Below are positions 51,685 to 64,000 of a DNA stretch of 64,000 nt, piece after piece. The position numbers were made by a program, and so were the translations under genes. Origin of the DNA: Alphaproteobacteria bacterium. GTDB taxonomy: Bacteria; Pseudomonadota; Alphaproteobacteria; MPNO01; UBA830. How positions within the stretch are numbered: the first letter of the stretch is position 1; each line of letters begins with the position of its first letter. The stretch lies in assembly GCA_964291215.2 (NCBI GenBank), contig OZ219791.1, forward strand, positions 2,560,001 through 2,624,000. The letters run 5' to 3'. The notes under the pieces were generated by a model. That model did no database searches. It was not told the DNA's origin and was given only the letters and a program-made list of their open reading frames with translations.

Positions 51685-51858
51685 GGAGGGGATCCTGTCG
51701 CACGGTTCGGGCGGCAGCATATCGGATAGCGGCCGCAAGCGCAGCAGTGTTTCCGACATCGTCCGGCACGGCGTTGTGTCGGGCCGCGCAAAAGCTACAA
51801 TCCAAATCGATCAGGGGTACTTTGGAATCCGGTTGACCGGAAAGAGGAGGCACTTGCG

Positions 51859-52884
51859 ATGACGGCGTGTTTCACATCAAGGCTTGCGGCTGCAGCGGTT
51901 GCCGGCACCGTCGCATTCGGTGCGCATTCGGTATCGGCGCAGGGGATTCTCAAGGCGGATACGACCGGTGTCGGCGGTGTAAACCACACGCTGTTCATCG
52001 TCCTCGCCAACATCCTCCAGAAAAAGGCGGGGATAACCCTCCAGGTCAACGAGGGCCAGACCCTGACCCGGTCTGCCCTCAAGCTTGGCCAGGGAAAGAT
52101 CGACATGCAGCCTCTGCCGCCGGTGATCACACCCTGGCTCCGAACCGGCACGAGGATGTACAAGAAGGCTCCCGACATCGCCAAGAAGGCAGTGGCGAAC
52201 ATCCGGCTCATCACCGCCTACGGAGCCGGCGTTCGTCACTACATCGTCTGGGCTGATTCGGGCATCAGGACATTCGCCGACCTGAAGGGCAGACGGGTAT
52301 TCGTCGGGCCGCCCGTCGGCGGCGCGTCACCCGTCGCGAAGGCCGTTGTCCGGCTCATGGCCGGTCTGAATGCGGGCAAGGACTATACCGAGGTTCGCTT
52401 GCCGTGGAACGCCGGCATTCAGGCCATGCTCGATGGCAAGATCGATGCCTTCATCCGGCCCGCGGGCATCGGTGCGGCCACGATCGATCAGCTTGGCGCA
52501 AAGCGGAAGTTCTGGCTCCTGGACGTGGAGAACCCACTCAACAAGGCCACATTCAAGAAATTTCTCGGCGGTGGCGGCCGAGGGCTGAACGTGGTGCCCG
52601 CCGGCACCTACAAGAATCAGGCCAACAACGACAAGGATGTGCTGACGGACGGCTTTCGCCACCAGCTCGCCGTCCGCAAGGGCCTCTCCGACGAGCTTGT
52701 ATACAAGATCACCCGCACGTTGTTCGAGAATCTTCCCGAGATGCACAAGGCGGCTGCCATCCTGAAGGACGTCTCGCTTGACGATGTGTTCTCGTTGGCC
52801 AACGTGCCGCTCCATCCGGGCGCCGTGAAGTACTACAGGGAGATCGGCAAGAAGATTCCGGCAAAGCTGACGCCAGCCGGCTAG
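51859..52884 (+). CDS. TAXI-family TRAP substrate-binding protein
   Basis: Signal peptide; ADLKGRRVFVG, DGKIDA, PLHPGAVKYYRE. Confidence 0.9.
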   Translation: MTACFTSRLAAAAVAGTVAFGAHSVSAQGILKADTTGVGGVNHTLFIVLANILQKKAGITLQVNEGQTLTRSALKLGQGKIDMQPLPPVITPWLRTGTRMYKKAPDIAKKAVANIRLITAYGAGVRHYIVWADSGIRTFADLKGRRVFVGPPVGGASPVAKAVVRLMAGLNAGKDYTEVRLPWNAGIQAMLDGKIDAFIRPAGIGAATIDQLGAKRKFWLLDVENPLNKATFKKFLGGGGRGLNVVPAGTYKNQANNDKDVLTDGFRHQLAVRKGLSDELVYKITRTLFENLPEMHKAAAILKDVSLDDVFSLANVPLHPGAVKYYREIGKKIPAKLTPAG

Positions 52885-52955
52885 ATCCGCCACCGGGCGG
52901 CGCGGTACCGGCACCGTCGGCAGGCGGCCGTCCAATCACATGATCGGCAGGATTC

Positions 52956-54911
52956 GTGAACGGGCAGGCTGACCGGATCCGGCGTCTGGTCCGCTACGCG
53001 GCCTTTGCCGTCGCCGCGTTGCTGGCCGTCGTCGGCATCACGAACTCCATGCCGACCTACGGGTTCATCCCGCGGCTCGGACCCTATCCCTCGATCGTCC
53101 TCCGCCCTCTCTTCCTCGGTGCGGCCATCTTCCTCGTGATCGCGAGCAACCCGTTCGCGCGCACCTTCGCCGAGAGATGGCCGCATCTCCGCTGGCTCGG
53201 CCGCCTGGTCGACATCGCCGTCCTGGGCCTTGGATGGTATGTGCTCTGGGTCTATTACCAGGTCCAGATCGAGGCGCAAACGCTCGGTTTCGGCGAGATC
53301 GGCCTCTACCATTTCGGTGTCTCGCTGCTCGCCGCGTCGGTGTTCATCATTCTCAGCTGGAAGGTGTGGGGCGCGCCGCTGTCTGTCGTCGGAATCATCG
53401 CGCTGATCTACTTCTATACCGGTGAGCACTGGCCGTGGATCTTGGAGACCGCACGGGTCGATCTGTCCGAGACGTCCGAAGACCTCTGGTTCAACCAGGG
53501 CGACGGCATCCTCGGTACCATCATGGGGATCATCATCTTCACCGTGTTTCCGTTCATCATGCTCGGGACCATGCTCGAACGGACGGGCGGCGGCCGCTCG
53601 CTGATCAAGCTCGCGGTGCATGTGACCCGGGGATTCCGGGGCGGGCCGGCCCATGCGGCGATTCTCGCCTCGGGTCTCTTCGGGACCATGTCGGGCGGCG
53701 CCGTCACCAATGTCGTCGCCACCGGAGTGATCACCATCCCGATGATCAAGCAGCGTGGTTTTTCTCCGGCTTTCGCTGGCGGTGTCGAGGCCACCGCATC
53801 AAGCGCCGGGCAGATCATGCCGCCGATCATGGGTGCGGCCGCCATCGTCATGTCAGACCTGACCGGCATTCCCTACCTGACGATCATTGTCGCGGCGCTG
53901 CTCCCGGCTCTTGCCTACTACACCAGCCTGTTCACGAGCGTCGTCTTCGAGGCGCGCCGCCTTGGCGTCGAGGCGGAAAGCGAGGATCTCGACCGCCCCG
54001 ATCTCAAGGTCGATCGCCAGGATTACGTCAACCTCGTGATGGTCATCGTCCCGATCGGCGTCGTCATCGCCGCGTTGCTCGAGGGTCTGTCCGCGGCCGG
54101 CGCCGGCATGACCGCCTTCTTTTCGATCATTCCGCTCAGCTTCTTGAATCCCGAGCTCCGCAGACGACCGTTCATGATCGTCGAGGCACTCTCGCAGGCC
54201 GGGCTAACCTTCGGCCGGCTCCTGATGGCGATCGCCGTGGTCGGTATCGTCGTCGCGGTCCTCGGCGCCACCGGTCTGCCGCAGGACTTCGTGACCCTGA
54301 TCAACGAGGTATCGGGCGGCAGCCTGTTCGTGACCCTGATCGTGACCGGGATCGCGGCGCTGATGCTGGGCATGGGCATGCCTACGCTGCCCGCCTATCT
54401 GACGATCGTCCTCATTCTCGGCCCGGCGATGCAGACGCTCGGGCTGACGGTCCTGGCGGCGCACCTCTTCGTGCTCTATTACGCGGTCGCCTCGTCGATA
54501 ACGCCGCCCGTGGCCGTAGCGGCCTACGCGGCTGCGTCGATCGCCGATGCTCCGCCCATCCGGACGGCAATGATGGCGTTGCGCGTCGGGCTGGTGAAGT
54601 TCGCGGTTCCGTTCATTTTCGCCTACTACCCGACGCTGCTTCTGGTTCCGATCGTCTTTCCCGATGGTGAGAGCTTTAGCTGGGTCGATTTCATCTCGAT
54701 CCTCTTCAGGCTTCTGGTCTTCATATATCTGGTCTCGAGCGCCGTCATCGCTTTCGACCAGCGGCGGTTGCCGCCCTGGGAGACGGTCCTGCGGATTCTG
54801 CTTGCGGGCGCGGTCGTAATCACGTGGCCGGTCGTGCACTGGCCTGCGACGGCGGCCGCCTTTGCCCTGGTCGGGTGGCACCAGCTTTCGTTCGGCCGCC
54901 GCCGGCAATGA
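52956..54911 (+). CDS. TRAP 4TM/12TM fused permease
   Basis: GGPAHAA, TGVITIPM, GQIMPPIMGAAA, GMGMPT, ITPPVA. Confidence 0.93.
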   Translation: MNGQADRIRRLVRYAAFAVAALLAVVGITNSMPTYGFIPRLGPYPSIVLRPLFLGAAIFLVIASNPFARTFAERWPHLRWLGRLVDIAVLGLGWYVLWVYYQVQIEAQTLGFGEIGLYHFGVSLLAASVFIILSWKVWGAPLSVVGIIALIYFYTGEHWPWILETARVDLSETSEDLWFNQGDGILGTIMGIIIFTVFPFIMLGTMLERTGGGRSLIKLAVHVTRGFRGGPAHAAILASGLFGTMSGGAVTNVVATGVITIPMIKQRGFSPAFAGGVEATASSAGQIMPPIMGAAAIVMSDLTGIPYLTIIVAALLPALAYYTSLFTSVVFEARRLGVEAESEDLDRPDLKVDRQDYVNLVMVIVPIGVVIAALLEGLSAAGAGMTAFFSIIPLSFLNPELRRRPFMIVEALSQAGLTFGRLLMAIAVVGIVVAVLGATGLPQDFVTLINEVSGGSLFVTLIVTGIAALMLGMGMPTLPAYLTIVLILGPAMQTLGLTVLAAHLFVLYYAVASSITPPVAVAAYAAASIADAPPIRTAMMALRVGLVKFAVPFIFAYYPTLLLVPIVFPDGESFSWVDFISILFRLLVFIYLVSSAVIAFDQRRLPPWETVLRILLAGAVVITWPVVHWPATAAAFALVGWHQLSFGRRRQ

Positions 54912-55272
54912 GTGGCAGGCGGTCCCGGAGCCTGCCCGACAACGGCTCGTCTCCGGTCCCGGGAATCGCACGTGCTGCTTGGGATCCATGGCCCGCGCAC
55001 CCGGCGCCCCGCCTCGGCGGGCTCCGCGGCCCCGTTCACGTCACCTGCAGTCCGGCTCGCGTCGTGATGTTTGCGCTGGTGGCTGCCAGCTGCGCGAGCA
55101 GATCGTCGTCATCGAACGCTGTCATCGGGACGTGGCGTGAACCAAAGATGCGCGCGAACAGTTCCAGGGCGCAGGAAGCGCGCCGGCGCGTTCGCCGGGC
55201 CGCTGGCCCGGAGCCTGCTGCGCAGGGTATCATGGTACCGTAGCAGCAGGCTGCAGGAACGGGGGCATCACG

Positions 55273-55968
55273 ATGGCAAAGGCCAAGTCCGAACTGCGCA
55301 GAAAGCTCGAAGCGGCGGTCGATGAGCGGCACTGCGCCGATCATCCGATGTGGGACAAACTCGCGGCCGGGGAGTTGAGCCGCAATGCCTGCATGGGCTG
55401 GGCGGTGGAACACTATCACTGGATCTCGAACATGCTGCGGGAGGCGACGTTCAGCATATGCGCCAAGGCGCCCGAGGACGCGATCGCCCTGGAACTCGAG
55501 AACTATCGTGAAGAGGAGGATCCGGAAGAGCCGCACATGGATATCGTGCTCAGGTTCGCGGAAGCCAATGGCGCCGACCTCGCCGCGGTGCGTGGCGGCG
55601 AGGGCCTGCCGACGACCCGGTCGTGGGCGGCCTGGCTCAGGCAGGTGGCAAGGGATGAGCCATGGTATTGCGGGATCGCCGCCATCCGCGTTGGCACCGA
55701 ATCCCAGTCGCCGCGTCTCTACAGCCGCGTGCTGCCGTCATTGCGCGAGAACTACGGCTATGACGAGGATGCGATCAAGCATTTCTGGCTCCATTCCGAA
55801 GTTGATATCGAGCATGGAGACCGCGGGTTCGCGCTTCTCGACAGGCACTGCACGACGCCGGAAATGCAGGCGGCCGCGATCCATTTTGCCCGCCAGAGCG
55901 CACGCATGCGCTGGTTCTATTTCGACGGCATTTACCTTCACTACGAGATGGGTTACGCATTGCAGTGA
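55273..55968 (+). CDS. Heme-oxygenase-like (TenA/PqqC/CADD) putative diiron enzyme
   Basis: ENYREEE...H, TESQ, HFWLHSEVDIEH metal-ligand pattern. Confidence 0.8.
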   Translation: MAKAKSELRRKLEAAVDERHCADHPMWDKLAAGELSRNACMGWAVEHYHWISNMLREATFSICAKAPEDAIALELENYREEEDPEEPHMDIVLRFAEANGADLAAVRGGEGLPTTRSWAAWLRQVARDEPWYCGIAAIRVGTESQSPRLYSRVLPSLRENYGYDEDAIKHFWLHSEVDIEHGDRGFALLDRHCTTPEMQAAAIHFARQSARMRWFYFDGIYLHYEMGYALQ

Positions 55969-56043
55969 CCGAAGCCCGTCGCGGCGCCGGCGTGCTGCCG
56001 GACCGTGGCGTGCATGCGTGAACAGCAACGGGAGAATCGGATC

Positions 56044-56907
56044 ATGCGTCTTGTTTCATTCAGGAAGGGCGGAACGGCTCGGATTGGCGTGCGGACGGAC
56101 GCAGGTCTCGTGGATCTCTCCGCCGTTGACGACAGCCTGCCGACCGACATGAAGGCTTTGCTCGCGAAGGGCAAGGGTGCCCTCCAGCGCGCCGGGCGTG
56201 CGGCCCGGAAGGCGCCGGCCAAGGCCCTGGTGACCGGCCGGATCAACTATCTGCCACCCGTCCCCGACCCGCAGAAGATCATCTGCATCGGCCTGAACTA
56301 CAAGGATCACGCAGCCGAGGCCGGGCTCACGGTTCCGTCCTATCCCGTGATATTCGTCCGTTTCCCGACCTCCATGGTCGCTCACGGCCAGCCGCTGATC
56401 GCGCCCCGCGCGTCCCGCCATTACGATTACGAGGCGGAGCTCGTTGCGGTCATCGGCCGCAAGGCGCGCAACGTCAAGAAGAGCGAGGCGCTTGATTACG
56501 TTGCCGGATATTCGATCTTCAACGAGGGGTCGATCCGCGACTACCAGATGAAGGCGTCGCAGTGGACCGTGGGCAAGAACTTCGATGCTACCGGATCATT
56601 CGGCCCCGAGATCGTGACTGCCGACGAGCTGCCTGCCGGAGCGAAGGGACTGGGCATCCAGTGCCGTGTCAACGGCCAGGTGCTGCAAGATTCGAACACG
56701 AGGGAAATGATCTTCGACGTCAGGGCGCTGGTCTACCAGGCAGCACGCGCGTTCACCCTGCTTCCCGGCGATATCATCGTGACCGGAACCCCGGCCGGGG
56801 TCGGCTTTGTCCGCAAGCCGCCGATCTATCTGAGGAATGGCGATGTCTGCGAGATCGAAATCGAAAAGATCGGGATACTGTCGAACCCGGTCCAAAAGGA
56901 AAAATAG
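56044..56907 (+). CDS. Fumarylacetoacetate hydrolase family protein
   Basis: KIICIGLNY, DYEAEL, GKNFD, GDIIVTGTPAGVG. Confidence 0.93.
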   Translation: MRLVSFRKGGTARIGVRTDAGLVDLSAVDDSLPTDMKALLAKGKGALQRAGRAARKAPAKALVTGRINYLPPVPDPQKIICIGLNYKDHAAEAGLTVPSYPVIFVRFPTSMVAHGQPLIAPRASRHYDYEAELVAVIGRKARNVKKSEALDYVAGYSIFNEGSIRDYQMKASQWTVGKNFDATGSFGPEIVTADELPAGAKGLGIQCRVNGQVLQDSNTREMIFDVRALVYQAARAFTLLPGDIIVTGTPAGVGFVRKPPIYLRNGDVCEIEIEKIGILSNPVQKEK

Positions 56908-56997
56908 GGCCTGTCCCCTGCCGGAAGCCCGGTGGCAGGCAGGGCGCCTCGGCGCTCGCCACGCCGTCGGAACTGCGCCGGCGCGGGAGATGGGGCC

Positions 56998-57729
56998 ATG
57001 AGACCCCTGCGTCTTGCCGTACTGGTTGCGGCAGTGGTCGTTGCCGCATCGGCATCCCAGGCCGGCGACCGGCGGGCCGTGGTCGAGCTCTTCACCTCGC
57101 AGAGTTGCTATTCCTGCCCGCCGGCCGAGAGCTTCCTGGGTGAACTCGCCGCCCGCGACGATGTGCTCGCCCTTGAATTCCATGTCGACTACTGGGACAG
57201 CCTGGTCTACGGTTCCGCCGGGAGATGGCGGGACGTGTTCTCGAAACGCGCCTACACCGAACGTCAGGTTGTCTACAACCGCCGTATCCGCGGCCGGTCC
57301 GGGGTCTATACCCCGCAGATGGTCATCAACGGGCAGCGCGAGGCGGTCGGGTCGGATCGCGGCGCGGTGCTGTCCGCAATCGCCGATACCCGGGACGTCG
57401 ACGGCGTCGACGTGAGGATCACTCTCGCGCCCGGCAAGGGGGCGCGTGTTGACCTGTCCGGCAAAGCCGCGCCCGTTGCGGTCTGGCTCGTGCGCTTCAT
57501 TGACAGCAGCTTGACGAAGGTTCGGGCCGGTGAGAACAAGGGCAAGGATCTCGTCAACCATCATGTGGTCACCGAACTCCGACACGTCGGTCGCTGGGAC
57601 GGACGCGAGGCGACCCTGTCGATTCCGGATCTTGCGCTGGCCCGGGGCGAAGGTTGCGCGGTGCTCGTGCAGGACCGGCGCCAGGGCCCCGTGATCGGCG
57701 CCGCGCTCTGTCCCGAACCGGTGTCCTGA
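56998..57729 (+). CDS. DUF1223 thioredoxin-like exported protein
   Basis: VVELFTSQSCYSCPPAE, HVDYWD, YTPQMVING. Confidence 0.9.
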   Translation: MRPLRLAVLVAAVVVAASASQAGDRRAVVELFTSQSCYSCPPAESFLGELAARDDVLALEFHVDYWDSLVYGSAGRWRDVFSKRAYTERQVVYNRRIRGRSGVYTPQMVINGQREAVGSDRGAVLSAIADTRDVDGVDVRITLAPGKGARVDLSGKAAPVAVWLVRFIDSSLTKVRAGENKGKDLVNHHVVTELRHVGRWDGREATLSIPDLALARGEGCAVLVQDRRQGPVIGAALCPEPVS

Positions 57730-57815
57730 GCCCGTCCCGCAGGCGGGACCGCTGACTGCTCCGGAAGCTCCGCGCCGCCGGTAGCGTCACGCGTGCGGCG
57801 GGTCGCGCCTGCCCG

Positions 57816-60992
<3,177 letters not shown>

Positions 60993-61084
60993 TGTCAAAT
61001 TCCGTCCGTCCGGGGTCGGCCGGGAGGTGGCGCCAGGCGCCGGCTCGCCGATGGAGCCCCGGGGCTGTGCTGCCCGCGGGCCCG

Positions 61085-61555
61085 CTAGAGGTCGCGCGCC
61101 GCCGCGAGAACCTCTTCGACATGGCCGGGCACCTTCACCTTGCGCCATTCGCGGCGGAGCGTACCGGTTTCGTCGATGAGGAATGTCGAACGTTCGATTC
61201 CCATGTACTTGCGTCCGTACATGGATTTCTCGACCCATGTGCCCCAGCTTTCGCAGACCTTGCCGTCCTCGTCTGAAAGCAGTGCGAACGGCAGGTCGTA
61301 CTTCGCCTTGAACTTGTCATGCCTTGCGACGCTGTCCTTGGAGACACCGATGATTTCGGTGTTGGCGTCGTCGAATTCGCCGATGGCATCGCGGAAAGCG
61401 CAAGCCTCCCTGGTGCAGCCCGTCGTGTCGTCCTTGGGGTAGAAATAGACGACCACATTCCTGCCCCTGAGGCCGGATAGCCTGATCTCCCGACCGCCAT
61501 CCGATGGTAGCGTGAAATCAGGTACTTTCCTGCCTTCCGTTGGCTGGGTTGCCAT
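61085..61555 (-). CDS. bcp: Peroxiredoxin Bcp
   Basis: YFYPKDDTTGCTREAC. Confidence 0.93.
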   Translation of the reverse strand: MATQPTEGRKVPDFTLPSDGGREIRLSGLRGRNVVVYFYPKDDTTGCTREACAFRDAIGEFDDANTEIIGVSKDSVARHDKFKAKYDLPFALLSDEDGKVCESWGTWVEKSMYGRKYMGIERSTFLIDETGTLRREWRKVKVPGHVEEVLAAARDL

Positions 61556-61753
61556 GCGTTTTCTCCTTGCGATCCTGTCGACCGCTCTCTATTGCGATTC
61601 CGCTCCCGGTTCAGCCCGGGGCTGTGCCGGCGCTGCCCGTCTCAACAGGTCACGGCGATCCGGGAACACGTCTGCAACAGACGGTAGCGGAGCCTCAACA
61701 GGGGTAGCGCGGGGATGAGCCCCGTTCCATGCACGGGGGGCGGCCGGGACACG

Positions 61754-62101
61754 CTATTGAGGATTGGCGAGCTCGACGTTGATGCCGTTGGTGTTGAGAT
61801 ACTCGATCAGTTCGCCGGTCTCGAACATCTCGCGGATGATGTCGCAGCCGCCGATGAATTCGCCCTTGACATAGAGCTGCGGAATCGTCGGCCAGTCCGA
61901 GAACGCCTTGATGCCCTCGCGCACTTCCGGATCCGAGAGCACGTCGATGCCTTTGAACTGCACCCCGAGATTGCTCAGGACCTGGACGCAGACGGACGAA
62001 AAGCCGCACTGTGGGAACACCGGTGTGCCCTTCATGAAGAGGACGACCGGGTTATCGTCGATTTCCTTCCTTATGCGCTGGAAGACCGGATTTTCGTTCA
62101 T
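61754..62101 (-). CDS. grxD: Monothiol glutaredoxin
   Basis: [23 protein letters not shown]. Confidence 0.95.
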   Translation of the reverse strand: MNENPVFQRIRKEIDDNPVVLFMKGTPVFPQCGFSSVCVQVLSNLGVQFKGIDVLSDPEVREGIKAFSDWPTIPQLYVKGEFIGGCDIIREMFETGELIEYLNTNGINVELANPQ

Positions 62102-62129
62102 GTCGCGTTTTCCTCTCGTGCGATGTTGT

Positions 62130-62372
62130 TCAGTCGCCGGACGCGGGCGTTCCGGTCTGCAGCGCAAGCGCGTGCAACTCGTCGCCCATCCGCCCCTTTA
62201 GCGCTTGGTAGACCATCTGGTGCTGTTGTACGCGTGTCTTGCCCCTGAAGGCAGCCGACACTACCAGCGCGGCATAGTGATCGCCGTCGCCAGCCAGATC
62301 CTGGATCGTGACCTCTGCATCCGGCAGGCCGTCCTTGATCAGGCTCTCGATCTCGGCGGCATTCATGGGCAT
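62130..62372 (-). CDS. BolA family protein
   Basis: [19 protein letters not shown]; adjacent to grxD. Confidence 0.92.
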   Translation of the reverse strand: MPMNAAEIESLIKDGLPDAEVTIQDLAGDGDHYAALVVSAAFRGKTRVQQHQMVYQALKGRMGDELHALALQTGTPASGD

Positions 62373-62391
62373 CGCGTACCTTCCCGCGCTT

Positions 62392-64000
<1,609 letters not shown>

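Overview
GC-rich alphaproteobacterial chromosome segment (Rhodospirillales-like by gene content; this is inference). Intact housekeeping and catabolic blocks alternate with dense stacks of decayed mobile DNA. The intact blocks are: petABC; a TRAP + CoA-transferase + CitE-like module; an amidohydrolase + hmfABCDE-like furoate pathway followed by an LLM oxidoreductase and an opine dehydrogenase; an MNT/HEPN pair; a TbpB-like surface lipoprotein; a hydantoinase/oxoprolinase-PreA-MarR-TAXI-diiron oxidase-FAH cluster; and ileS, bcp, grxD, bolA, purL. The decayed blocks (about 1-5.2, 16.2-19.5, 31.3-36.5 and 37.5-41.8 kb) hold nested ISNCY, IS256, IS66, IS4, ISAs1 and ISKra4 remnants, several MITEs with recognisable TIRs/TSDs, and two 5' group II intron remnants. 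Three observations stand out. (1) Decayed DNA is eroded almost entirely by deletions of exactly 6 nt, in coding and non-coding parts alike. (2) An IS66-like element carries a translationally coupled Dam-like methyltransferase that is disrupted in every copy. (3) Two copies of a ~185-bp MITE appear to bracket a 6.3-kb catabolic cargo as a composite transposon. All calls come from reading the sequence and recalled family motifs; no searches were run.
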